The notes under the pieces: model-generated | What the model was told of the DNA's origin: nothing | Seen by the model: the letters and a program-made list of their open reading frames with translations, nothing else | Database searches by the model: none | Origin: Octopus sinensis | Taxonomy: Eukaryota | Direction of reading: 5' to 3' | DNA: 64,000 bases | Assembly: GCF_006345805.1 (NCBI RefSeq) | Contig: NC_042997.1 | Span: 7,812,001 to 7,876,000 of the forward strand | Translations under genes and position numbers: made by a program | Shown here: positions 1-12,904 of the stretch, in pieces | Layout: the number at the start of each line of letters is the position of its first letter | How positions within the stretch are numbered: the first letter of the stretch is position 1

Positions 1-815
1 AATAGTCACATTCAATTTTCAAGGAAGCTTGAGGATTCGCAATGGAATTTGGCATTTACCCTGAAATAGTTGACAAATCTGAAACCCCTACCGCAAAACA
101 AGCAAAGTGGAACAAGCAGGCTGCTAAAACGAAGGGGCAGAAGCAAATTGAGGAGCGATGGAGGCAGAAGCTTTTGCAAGGACTGTATATACATCGAAGT
201 CGAAATGCTGATGTAGATCAAGCAATAAACCAGTAGTATCTAAGGAGTTCAGGACTGAAAGCAGAGACTGCAATTTTCATATTGGCAGCAAAGGACCAAA
301 GCCTACTCACAAAAAACTACCAGGCTAGCATTCTTCAAAACGGTTCTGACTCTAAATGCACATTCTGCGTCACTTTTGATGAAACAATAAACCATCTGGT
401 CTCGTGATGTCCTGTGCTGACACCAAACGAATATAAAAATCGCCACAATAGTATTTAAATTGGAAAATATGTAAACACTACAAAATCAACACTCCTGCTT
501 ATTGGTGTGAACATCATCATGGGCCAGTCGTTGAAGGTAAAAAATTCACTATCCTCTGGGATTTTCCAAGCCACGCCGACAAATCGATCCAGACTAATCA
601 ACCAGACATAATTATTTAAGACAGGGAAGAGAATACTTGTACACTAATAGATGTAAGTGTTCCCACTGATAAAAATATATCTGTCAAGGAATTGACAAAC
701 TACGTAAATATAAGGACCTGGAATTTGAAATGCAAAGGATGTGGCATCTTAGAACGAGTATTGTTCATGTTATTGTAGGTACCCTAAGTATGATAGAAAA
801 AAGATGTCAAAAACT
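1..815 (+). mobile_element. R4/Dong-like non-LTR retrotransposon, C-terminal fragment (CCHC knuckle plus REL endonuclease), decayed
   Basis: Manual translation across stops/frameshifts: LRSSGLKAET..ILAAKDQSLLTKNYQ..KCTFC..ETINHLVS.CP..RHN, TILWDF, HPDIII, LIDVSVPTDKNI, KYKDLEFEMQRMW..VIVGTL. This is the typical PD..D..K REL region. Runs off the window start. Confidence 0.9.
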
Positions 816-2230
816 ATCAGAAATAGAACGCTTAAAAGGAAAATTACATCAAGTAAGTGTAGATAGTAACCACAGAGAAATGCCAAATAATATCATAAGC
901 AGTGGGACTGTAAAACACGAAGACAAACGTAACATTTCCAACAAAAGAGAAGTAAGCAACGAAACACAACAAACCCAGACTGTAGGAATGTATAACGGCG
1001 AGCAAAATGCACCAAAACAAAACACTAAAGACAAGAATATGAACAGGAGGGAATACTAAACAGATCTGAAACCTGGAAACATTGGAGGTGAATCTAATGA
1101 TTTTGATATTCTAAATATGATCAAAATCAAAGAAATGAAAACCAGAGATTGTACCTCCCAAAAATTAAAATTCAGACTAAAACAAGATCAATAATAAATA
1201 GCATCAATCTGGCTGTCACAGAAATAACAGCCACCGAAACAAATGTCAATATGACTACACTATATGATATAATATATGCAGCAGCCACAAAGGAAGCTGA
1301 ATACTCCCTCAAACCCATCTAAACTAGCACACAAATAAACCCTGTGGATAAATAATATCCAAGAAAAATAGAAAACAAGAGAAAAGATCTGTCAATCCTT
1401 AACGAAACTCGTAGACAATCAACACTACTATGCAAAAAGAAGGGAACAAAAATACAAAATTTCAGAAAAAGATATATCTGAGGTAAAAGAACAGTTAATG
1501 CAAGATATCCTCGCCAAAGCGCAAAGAATCCGCGGGTAGGAGAAATGCTAATGTTTCTTTGAACAATAGAAATCATTCAACTCCAACCCCAAAATATTCT
1601 AGCAACAACTTGGCAAAAATAAAATAGACATCAATGCAGCACCAACAAAAGAAGTGGAAGAATTTTGGAAAGAAATATATTTGGCGAAGGATGAACCACA
1701 GAAAATGTCTATCAAAACAGCGAACTAAGCACATGAACAACTCTGAACCGCTATAACAACTGTAGTGGTTACCCAGTCACTGCAAAAACTAAGCAACTGG
1801 AAAACAGCCGGGCACTATAAAATCCCAAATTCTGGTCAAAATATCTGACAGGAACAAACAAAAAGCTGGCTGAGAAATTTAATGACATACTAGCAGAGCC
1901 AGAGACAATGTCTGAATGGCTCATGAAAAGGAAAAACTAGCCTAATTCCCAAATCCACTGAAACGGAAAACCCACAAAATTAGAGACCAGTAACTTATCT
2001 CTCTACAATTTGCAAAGACTTTACTGCAATAATATTGCAGTGAATGAGCAAGAAACTGAAGAAAATACCTGTTTCTATGAGAGCAGAAGGGATGCTGCAA
2101 GGGCTCATACGGCGGTAAATATCAATTAATTATCAATAAAGCCATAACTGAAGACAGCAACAGACAGAAGAAAGATCTAATTATGGCATGGATCGATTAC
2201 CGAAAGGCTTTTGATAGTATTCCCCTCATA
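816..2230 (+). mobile_element. R4/Dong-like retrotransposon, N-terminal region to mid reverse transcriptase, decayed
   Basis: Decayed peptides IYAAAT, FNSNPKIF, APTKEVEEFWKEI, KLSNWKTAG, LAEPETMSEW, LIPKS..NPQN.RP, then KDLIMAWIDYRKAFDSIP ending at the SINE at 2233. Confidence 0.85.
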
Positions 2231-2232
2231 TA

Positions 2233-2637
2233 GGCGCAGGATTGGCTGTGTGGTAAGTAGCTTGTTTACCAACCACATGGTTCCGGGTTCAGTCCCCTGC
2301 GTGGCACCCTGGGCAAGTGTCTTCTACTATAGCCTCGGGTTGACCAAAGCCTTGTGAGAGGATTTGGTAGACGGAAACTGAAAGAAGCCCGTCGTATACA
2401 TGTATACATATGTATGTGTATGTGTTTATGTGTCTGTGTTTGTCCCCCTAGCATTGCTTGACAACCGATGCTGGTGTGTTTATGTCCCCGTCACTTAGCG
2501 GTTCGGCAAAAGAGACCGATAGAATAAGTACTGGGCTTACAAGAATAAGTCCCGGGGTCGAGTTGCTCGATTAAAGGCGGTGCTCCAGAATGGCCGCAGT
2601 CAAATGACTGAAACAAGTAAAAGAGAAAGAGAAAGAG
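2233..2637 (+). mobile_element. tRNA-derived SINE, family A (full length)
   Basis: A-box-like TGGCTGTGTGGT, B-box-like GGTTCAGTCCC, internal (TG/TA) tract, tail GACTGAAACAAGTAAAAGAG. Near-identical copy at 49311-49707. Confidence 0.9.
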
Positions 2638-2679
2638 ATATGGAACCTAGAAACACTAGCCATGGACAAGGCGGGACCA

Positions 2680-3342
2680 ATAATCATATGTTCGTGATTA
2701 AGTTCGTCCACTGGAGGTTATGTGAAAAGAACGGCATGAACAGAGCACGGAAATGGTACCAACATGAACCACATGGAGTTACCGAGAACACGGAACATAA
2801 GGTACTGTGGGATTTTACAATTCATTGTGACTCCCTGATTGATGCTTGGAGGCCGGATATTGTTGTGGTAGAAAAAGGGAAAAATAAAACCAAGGTCATG
2901 CATATTGCAATACCTGGATATGCACGCAAAAGTGAGAAACAGCTAGAAATGATTGAAAAGCACAGACTACTAAAAGACGAAATTGCAAGAATGTGCACTA
3001 TGAGAAGAGTATCTGTCAGTCCAGTAGTTATAAGGGCATTCTGGGTACTAACAACCAATTTCGAGAAATATGTCAAAGAACTCGGAATTGACATGAGAGG
3101 AGAGCAAGCCAAAAACACTGTTCTGCTGGAGACAGCTAGGATTTTGAAATTGTTAATTGGATTTTGAAATACTCGCACGATAATTAACAACCAAATATCA
3201 AAGTTTATCATGTGCGGAAAGAGACGCTGTGAAATCTGACAGCAAGCTGCTGTCCGCTCTTGCAGAATCTACCAGAACAAAGAAGACCGAGAGTTCTGAG
3301 AAACGAAACAGCAGCAGCAACATTAACATTAATAATAATAAT
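2680..3342 (+). mobile_element. R4/Dong-like retrotransposon 3' fragment with probable 3' UTR ending in (AAT)4
   Basis: ORF 2580-3167 contains VHWRLCEK, WYQHEP, VLWDFTIHCD, RPDIVVVEK, HIAIPG, LKDEIARM, PVVIRA, VLLETARIL. Followed by (AAT)4 at 3331-3342. Confidence 0.85.
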
Positions 3343-3344
3343 CC

Positions 3345-4410
3345 TTGAAACAGACCAAATGAAAGTGGAGGAAATGAAAGAACTGATGTAATAGCATATA
3401 AACGGAAACTGAAATTTGTTTTAAAGATACAGTTAATTGGTCTGAACACGATGCTTTTAGTCAACCCATGAGCCGTTACAGCTGTGAGTTATAGTAATGG
3501 TGTAATACTGTTGAGAATATCGTGACACTACATGTGGATCTGCATTCTTTTGTAACTATCGCGACAGACAGGTGGAAGAGGTCTCATTAGCTGTAAATTA
3601 CGTGTGAAATTTGAGGAAAATACTCTGGCATGGTATGTGAAGTACACAAAGGAGAGACGGATAGCAGGAGTAAGAAAGATAAAATTCCCAAGTAGTGATG
3701 AAGCAAAGGAGTTTAAACAAGACAGACAGAATGAAACCTTCAATAGATGGAAAGACCAGAAAATGTGTGGTCAACTTTTGCACAAAATTCCTGAAACAGT
3801 TGACTACGGTTAGATCTGAGAATGGGGTAGGAAAAGCTACTTAAAAGTTGAAAGTGAAGACCTTATCTTCGTAGCCCAAGAAATGGCACTGAGAACGATC
3901 TATATCAAGTTCAGTCTTGACAAGTCAATGACGTCCCCACTTTGTAAGCTGTCTGGTGAAAAGGGTGAAACAATAGACAACATCATTAGTAAATGTCAGA
4001 TTCTCGCAGAAAAACAGTACAAGTGAAAGCACGACATTGCCAGATTGGATCACTGGAAGTTCTATCATATGAATGACATAAGCCGAAGTGAGAGGTGGTT
4101 TGAGCACCAACCGGAAACTACTGCTGAAAACGAACAATATAAGAGCTTTTGGGACATCACCATCCAGTGTGACCATTTTGTTGTGGCTAGAAAACCTATC
4201 ATTGTTGTAGCAGAAAAAAAGAACAAAGCAATTATTGTAGATATTGCTTCACTTTGGGACGAGAAAGAAAGTGAGAATTGAAGTGAGAAATCAGAAACCC
4301 ATGGGGATTCAGACACTTACAAGCGGTATTGATTGTGGTTGGCGCACTGGGAGCAGTTGATAAAAAGTTGTATTCATGATTTGAGAAGCTACGAATTACC
4401 CTCGGAATAG
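3345..4410 (+). mobile_element. R4/Dong-like retrotransposon 3' half, 5'-truncated, decayed
   Basis: GKSYLKVESEDLIFVAQEMALRT, PLCKLSGEKGETIDNIISKC, HDIARLDHWK, WFEHQPE, FWDITIQCD, RKPIIVV, IVDIAS, VVGALG. Starts directly after the (AAT)4 tract. Confidence 0.85.
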
Positions 4411-4439
4411 TATAGTGTCAGCATAACAACCACCAGAGC

Positions 4440-5275
4440 AAAACTGTCAATAAAAATAACAGCTACTGAAACAGTAAGAACATTCAAGAACAGAAAGAGG
4501 AAAAGAAATAGAATTACAAGGTTAATTCATGCCACAAACCGAGAATTTTGGAAGTAAACAGAGCTACCTCTGCCTGGCGGGTAAGAATTTCGAATGAGAG
4601 AGCGAATCGTTAATAATAGCCGATGAAGAACAAGGCTCTAAGACGTATCTGATAAAGGCAAAGCTCAAGAAATCACAGTCAGCCATCAAAAACATAATCT
4701 ACAAGAAAGGAGACTAAAATATTCATCATCTATTGAGTTAATGCAGTTGGCTAGCACACACAAAAAGAAAACCACAGGTGTAACCGTGCGGGTAAATGCA
4801 TTTGTGGTTTCGAAATAACAGGGAAATGATATAAATACGAAGCAGAAGTTGTGAGAGAGAATAAGTCTCCCCCGTAAAGACTGACCATAGAAGTGAAGAC
4901 CAAGTAGGATTACATGGAACAAAATAAAGAAACAGTGCAGGACCATCGACTTCCTTGTGATAACTGATACGATACCAAGAAATTCTAGAAAAGAGAGAAA
5001 TATCAAGACCTAGTGAGAGAGTTAAAGAGACTAGAAGTCTAAAATGACGGTTATTCTTGTCGTAATTGGTGCACTTAGCACACCTTAGATGCTACCTGAT
5101 AAACTGAAAAATGCCGAGACTGAGATTTGCTTTGTCGACTTGTAGACATGTACCATCTTGTATTCTGCATGAAACCTAAGCAAGATTTTGTGATTTGAGA
5201 CTTGCCAACAAACCTCACGATAAAACTCCAGCAAAATAAATTATCAAGCAATTGCTAATAACATTATTAATAAAA
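4440..5275 (+). mobile_element. R4/Dong-like retrotransposon 3' fragment, highly decayed
   Basis: Residual peptides resembling ESLIIA.EEQ, EKYQDLVRELKRL, VILVVIGAL, TILYSA.NLSKIL, then an AT/TAA-rich tail near 5260-5275. Confidence 0.65.
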
Positions 5276-8200
5276 AAATTTAGTGTTTTCTTTATGAAAC
5301 ACAAGGTGTAACCAAAGAATCGGAGATAGTATAGGTCAATACAGAGTACTACTACAAAAAGATGTAATAAGAGATTACAAAACTAAAACTTTCAAAAACT
5401 CCCACCTGTCAAAAAGTCCTGCATTTCACTAAAAACATCAGTCATACTAACGCATATAGGAAGTGTTGTGTTCCACGTGCCTTTCTGCGATTTACAAGCT
5501 CAGGATCAGAGCATTCCGATTTATTCAGCTCATGTTCGCAAATTTTATCCGCCACATGAGCACCACTTCCTTTCTCATCTTCACAAGCCGCTTCAAAGGA
5601 ACCTTGAGAAAGTTAATGAGAGTTTGGTCAAAAGGAATGTGCCTAAACCTCATCTCTTTCCATCGCGTCTATCATCTAATGTTTTTCGACATAAGGAATA
5701 GCAAATATCAGACGTTATATATATGGTTGTCACACATTAGGTCACCGTCGTTGTCGATATTCTATCTTAAATATTTATATACTGGTTTCATGGCAAAATG
5801 TTACGTACTATCCATGTGATGGACAACACGGGGGAAATCATAGCTGTAATTAATTCAAGCAATGCAATACTCACTACACGTCAAATAAGAATGCTAATAT
5901 ATTCTTTGTATAAAGGAACTAGAGACCTGACAGCAAATTTATTTCATAGCACAGATCAACGACTATTTAAAACATTCGTTAAGTAAGCTAGAACCGAGCA
6001 GGATAATTTAATTTGCGATCTGTACCTTAAAGGATTATATCATATTTATTTGAATGCACAACACAGAACTGAAATCAATTTTTAAATTACCAGACTTCAA
6101 TATAGTCTATGTAAGTATATGAAAATAATCATTCTATTTGTTAGTGAAACATGCCATGGCAGTATTCCTAATAGATATTTTCATGGTTTCTTATCCAATA
6201 AGCTTCTACTTAAAGCAATCCTAAAATAAGCAGTGGTGGATATTCTAATTTCTGTTTTTAAGTTTTGAGGATCACCTAATATTACACAATATCCCTTGTT
6301 GTGCTAGTCGGATTAAATCAAAATATGTAATATATATTTAAACATTACATTGCTTCTCACTAAGTCAAACATGAATGCCAACATATTCGTATGATAAAAA
6401 TGATGTGTGCAAAAGGGAGACGAAGATGTCTATGTACCAAACTATTACTAATTACTCGCAGCTCAGAGAAGATACAAATGCGTTAAACAAAGAATTAAAT
6501 TCATTACTTCATTCTTTCTATGATAATGACGTGTAGAAAACATAAATAAGAGCATCTTCTCACGGAATGTTCTCAAAGGATTCATGAATTCGTCTAATAC
6601 CAATTTGGTTTCATTTGTTTATAGAAACATGCCACTAATAGCACGTCAATAATATATATTTACGTGATAGGCAACATAGCGTAACAATGAAGAAATGCTC
6701 ATGTCCTACAGAATATTTGATAATTTTAAGAATGCAAATTTGTCCTACAATATTGTATTGGATTACTCTTCTCTGAAGAAGGGACCCCACATTCTTTGTA
6801 AATTAGGGAGTTATCCACAAAAGGAAATCAACTATTGATACATTCATGACACAAATCTTGTGGGATTTTACAAATTAGCTAGTGTATGCGTATATTGCTT
6901 CAACCACGATACAACAACATATAAAAAAAAGATTATGAACAAATATCCAACAATAATTTGCATTGAATTATAATTGACGTACGTATATTACGAGCAACGG
7001 CGACTTAATTATGAACATATATTACTTCGTTTAATATTGTTTGACAATAAAGTGTTTACATTCATACACACATACACACGACTAATCTTGTCATGTTTTC
7101 TTTTATAATCTTTTTAAAATTATGAAAAATCATTTAATGAAATTAGAAAAAATCATTTTGATGTATTTGATATTAATGTTCTTCATTCAGAAATATGACT
7201 CCTTTATCGTTATGGGAATGACACGCAACTATTCTTGTTTACTTTGTCTAATGTTGATTTTCAAATTATGTTAAATCATTTAATGAAATTTGATAAAAAT
7301 ATTTGAGGAGCTTCAAAATATTCAATTAGTTTTGAGATGCTCAGGAATAATCTAGGAAACATTTTGTTATACATTGTACTTCGAAATTACGCACAAACAT
7401 TAAATATTTTATTCAGATATTAGATAAAAATATTAGTAAATTTTAAACATTTGTATTGTTTCAGTTCTGATGTGATTAGAATGGTCTTATAAACTTTTTC
7501 TGTTTATATATTTATGCATGTACATCTATAAACGCATGTGTGTATATATGTGTATATTTACATACATATATATGGATATAAATGAAGTATACGGAAAAGA
7601 AAAAATGCAGATGTAGACGATTTTTAATTCACAACCCAGGTTGGTACAGAACCAATATACATTCTACAAATTGTTTCGGAGTCTAATTAATTCCACAGAC
7701 AAAGCGAGAAACTCTTCTTGAAATAAAAATTAAATTCTTCGTCAGGAATCACACACTGGTATGAATAATTACGTCAAACAAAAATATACAAAAAAATTTC
7801 ATAGCCAGATGGGATCGAGCAAATAATAATAGAAGGAAAGATAACTAGAACGCAGGCTAATTCAAAACCAGGAAAATTTATATATAAAATAAAAACACTC
7901 CTGCATTTTATTATCATTACAATTCATGATATGTAGTAAAGACAGAGAGATTTAATGGGACAAAATTTAACTACAAAAATAATCGGGTTATCTAATCAGA
8001 ACTTAAAAATTAATAACTACAAACTTTTATATTATCCACTAAAAAGTAATAAATGTCCTCATTCAAAGTTAGTAATATTGTAATATCATACGAAATTAAA
8101 AAGAAAAAGCAATCTTTTGTTTACAAAATAGCCATCTACTTGTAAAACAGTAGCACAAAGAAAGAGAAAGAGTAGTATCAGTGAAGAGAGAGAGGAGAGA

Positions 8201-9097
8201 AAATAATGATACAGTGACGGAGAGGTAGAGAGAGTAATAGCCATGGGTGAAAGAGTGAGAGAAAGCAATAACCGTTTGAGAAAGAAGAATGCGGTGTGTA
8301 TCTTCTGTTTCCATGTATCTTCTGTATCTATGAATGAGAAAGAAAGGGACGAATAAAGAAAAAAAACAACATCGATTCAAATATGTGTGAGTATATGTGT
8401 ATATGTGTGTGTATGAAAAAGGGAGCTATGTGAATGTATGTTTGAGTATGTGTGCACGTGTGCATGCGTAATGGAAACTGACTTCGTTCCAATTTTGTTT
8501 GAGTATAAGTGTGTATGTGTGTGCTTGGTAAATATGTGAATACTTCTATCTGTAATTATTTTGTACCTTGTTTAAATAACAATTAGCCATCAATTATAAA
8601 CGGCACGGTGTCAAATAATAAACAATTATATAGAAATACCAAACGGTTGTAATATAATTAAATGAATTAAATGCAAAAATCCACCGTCTCACAATAAAAA
8701 ATAATCCAAAATTACAATACCCACAATATCTGAAACGTTAAGTTAAAAATTTAGAAAATTAATTTTATTTTTTTAATCTTAAAATTTAAAAGGTAAAAAA
8801 ACAATGCGAGAGGAACCGACATGAGTAGTAAATACTAAGGCTGAAACGGAAATCAAATTCTCAAATTCCACTAAATCAAAATATAACCAGATAGATTAAA
8901 ACACTTATAACAGACATCCCTATTTAAAATTTTTAAACAAACATTTATTTTTATGAACACAGGTAAAAACCCTTTGTGATTTAGAGTTTATCAGCCTTCT
9001 TCTAGAAACTAATATCATAACTAACTCCTCGGAACGAAGAGAACAGAACTTATTACCAATCCTATAAGAGAGGGCAGTCCTCAAAATGCTCCATTCA

Positions 9098-9113
9098 ATA
9101 TTATTATTCAATC

Positions 9114-9184
<71 letters not shown>

Positions 9185-9201
9185 TTATTATTATTATTAT
9201 T
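9098..9201. repeat. (ATT)n microsatellite
   Basis: Direct reading. Confidence 0.98.
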
Positions 9202-9755
9202 GAGTGAGAGAGCAGTGCATGCCATCAATGTGACACTGGGATAAAATATACAAAGCCCAGTATACCCATCATGACTACCCGTCTGATAAGGATACACAAG
9301 GCACATGCATCACAACCATATGTGTGCGACATGGTGATGTTATATCAAGATAAACAGCACATGACATTGCAGGTGGGGCTCAGTTAGAATTTTCTTGTGG
9401 ACAAGTAGCCCATCTCGCTCAAAGGGTGCCTGAATAAGAATTGTTTAAGGATGTTGAACGAAACATCCGTGTTTCCAGAGGTGAATTATTCCAACCCCAA
9501 AGAATCCCTCTCAACACATAGCTATGATGCTCTCCAACTACTTCTGCTTCTGATCAGAGATACAGATATCGTCAGCCACTAAGGGATATGCTCAACTGGT
9601 TATGGTCAAACAACTGACAAGTAAATATGTGGTATTGAGCAGTATATTTGCTGTAGCTCATCTTTTATACAAAGACAAAACAATGTGCATGATAACACAT
9701 CCAATCAGTTAAGATCGGAAGCCATGAGAGTCACTGCCTGGTTCTGCATCAGGGC

Positions 9756-9757
<2 letters not shown>
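9202..9757 (-). mobile_element. ~555-bp non-coding interspersed element embedded in (TAA)n
   Basis: Complex, GC-richer block with sharp boundaries and (ATT)n on both sides. No meaningful ORF and no A/B boxes seen. I recall a very similar sequence as a high-copy octopus repeat (unverified). Strand assigned from the (TAA)n polarity of the LINEs. Confidence 0.7.
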
Positions 9758-9833
<76 letters not shown>

Positions 9834-9837
9834 TGCT

Positions 9838-9868
<31 letters not shown>

Positions 9869-9915
9869 TTATTATTATTATTAATATTATTATTATTCAA
9901 TATTATTACTATTAT
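9758..9915. repeat. Compound (ATT)n/(GTT)n microsatellite
   Basis: Direct reading. Confidence 0.97.
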
Positions 9916-10118
9916 CTTTTAGATTACTATGACTAGTAGAAGAAGCCCTATTTCTGTTCCTAAAGGAATGGCAATGATTCGAAACCCTTTTCTTAATATA
10001 ATTAGAAGAACTACTTAATACAAAAGTAATCATTACATTAAAAAAATAATTTTGACTTAATAGACGACTTTTCCACGCTTACAAAAATTACCAAATAAAC
10101 AATTTTCTTTGTTTCTAT

Positions 10119-10120
10119 CA

Positions 10121-10153
<33 letters not shown>

Positions 10154-10173
10154 GCTATCTATCTATCTATCTA

Positions 10174-10208
<35 letters not shown>

Positions 10209-10225
10209 ACGTATATATGTAGCTA

Positions 10226-10308
<83 letters not shown>
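10119..10308. repeat. Compound (TA)n/(TATC)n/(TC)n microsatellite
   Basis: Direct reading. Similar (TA)n compounds occur near 11245-11375, 12725-12880, 14228-14279, 15890-16045, 24590-24675, 25665-25785, 26782-26950, 43085-43265, 55690-55830, 57660-57729, 60525-60585 and 61250-61460. Confidence 0.97.
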
Positions 10309-10310
<2 letters not shown>

Positions 10311-11299
10311 GATGTATCTTGGATAATGTGTCGTATGGTCCTTCCTTATCAAAACAAATAGGCTTTCGTCACGAAAAATATTCCATCATAGGAAATCGGA
10401 AATAAAAACAAAATAGCCCTCTCAGCTATTTGATATAAACCTCTATATTTTCGCGCAATAGCATTCTAAGAAACTTGATATTAAAATGCAAGAATTTTCT
10501 GCACCTCTTCTAAACAGAAACAAACAATTTTACGCGAGTATTGTATAACACATATCATTTCTCCATTATCGAAACACAACCTGTACTATATTTCTTTATA
10601 ATATAGACATCAAAACCGCATGGATAAAATAAATATAAAGTAATAATAAAACCAACATGTGAATCATTAAATTGTGTACCTTAACGGTTTATATTTAAAT
10701 ATAAATTAGATAGTTACATGCACAATTATATATGGTAATCATTGTCATAAACATAGCTTTTGAATGTGGGATGGACTATGTTAGTGGAATAACGCATCAA
10801 ATAAAACTGGTTAACGGACTACGAGACTATCTTTGATAGACAATGTGATAGGGGAAGAGGTAGGAGCAAAAAGTTATCAAAAGAAACTTTTTACATGTCC
10901 TAATTTGAGAGTTGATGAAATCACTAAATCAGTCACAAAATTTGAATTGGTTTTGAGATTCAGGGTTTTTATGGGTCTACATGTGTGTGTGCGCGCGAGT
11001 GTATATATTGTGAGATTATGTGTATGTGTGTGTGTGAGTGTGTTTCTGCATGTGGAAAACTTGTTGAAGCCTTTCACCACCGTCACAATTGCGTGGTGTA
11101 ACTAAGGACTTTTTAGGTACTAATCTTTAACTAACTGACTGACTGCTATATACAGGCACACAGACGCAGAGACTCACGCACACACTCACAAAGACACAAA
11201 TATATATACACACATAGATTTGTGTGTATTTTGGTATCCCTTTATATATACATATATATATATACATATATACATATATATGCATACATATATACACAC

Positions 11300-11380
<81 letters not shown>

Positions 11381-12461
11381 CTCACATTCATACACTCCAA
11401 TAAGTGTGCGTTTGTGTACATGCGTGTATACATCTGTATTCCTATCCTTGTTGCCATGTAACTCTTTCATAAGTCATAGATAAAGATATTTAGTAATTAA
11501 TTGTTAATTGGACATATCAAATCGTTAAACAAGAAAATATAAATACGTAGGTTAATGAATACATTACAAGACAGATCTAGTGATGGCAATTATAGATTGA
11601 AATGTGTGCAAAAAAATATACTTAATATGTAGAACCTACCTCTTCGCTAGAGGTGTTACAATATCATTTGTGACAGTAAATTACTCAGAAACTCCTTTCC
11701 TAATTAATTGGATAATTAAGAAGTTATATCCAAGGTGTGTATTTATTTGGATTTTCATTATTTTGTTATTTATTTTAAGTATTGGACTATGTAATCATGA
11801 CTTTGTTCAGCTCTCTTAGACTCTGCATCCTATTCTTTTCTCTCTTCCTTTTAACCCGTTCTAATGAATCTTTCTGCACACTTATACTATTTTTCCAGTA
11901 TTTTTCCATCTATAAAGCAATATACTTTATAGTCTTCTTAATCATTATTCACTGTTATTATTATTCCTGTTGCTTTTACCTTCTCATTCTTTGTTTCACT
12001 GTCACTCTACGCCCGTATCATAGTGTTTCATTCTATCTCCCGTCAAAACTTATTTCCTGTCGATGCGAATATTGTCAATTGTTTCCAATACTCTTCACAA
12101 TATACATGCTTACAAACTAATAGATTTGCATTTGTATGTACACGCAAACGTGCCCAGCTCTCGGTTATAAAGTTATATAAGTGTATGCGAACGTGAGTTT
12201 CCATCCTTGTCTAGTTAAAGCTTGTATGTGTAGTGCGATTTTTCTCGGGTCTGTTTTAAAATATGTTCAGTTATGGTTCTCTGTATATTACATTTATATC
12301 TTTGGCTCCTTATTTTAAAAATTATTATAGTAATTCATGTTTCTCATAAGAAATTATTTAATATGTTCCACAGTTTCCATGCAAAACTAACGAAATGAAT
12401 ACTGCTTTATGGGTCTTTTCCATATATATATACATACTCATGCACACGCACGCACATACAA

Positions 12462-12495
<34 letters not shown>

Positions 12496-12725
12496 ACGTA
12501 TGTACGTGAGTGTGCATGAATACATACATACATACATATATATATATATATATGTATAAGAACTGACGTCTATGAGGAGGGAATTTGTGTATACGTAACT
12601 AAGGAGGAAGCTGAGACTTCGATTTTATTCTAATTCTAATGTTTGATCAAGTTAACATTCTAAATGTGAATCAGAGAATCAGATGTTGATAAGTGCATAG
12701 ATACGTTATATATCATCATCCATCC

Positions 12726-12770
<45 letters not shown>

Positions 12771-12813
12771 ACTTGGAAGAGGATGCATGACGTTCAATCA
12801 TATGGTAACATAA

Positions 12814-12884
<71 letters not shown>

Positions 12885-12904
12885 GCATATAATCATACGT
12901 ATAT

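Noticed and set aside
2233-2310. tRNA genes suggested by A/B boxes here and at 40231, 49311 and 56931
   Set aside because: No cloverleaf or acceptor stem, and each continues into a shared SINE body.
2580-3167. 195-aa ORF as a host gene
   Set aside because: It starts inside a SINE tail and the remainder is the REL endonuclease region of a LINE.
6466-6540. Plus-strand candidate terminal exon after TACTAATTACTCGCAG (LREDTNALNKELNSLLHSFYDNDV*)
   Set aside because: Short, with no upstream exon in the window and no homology.
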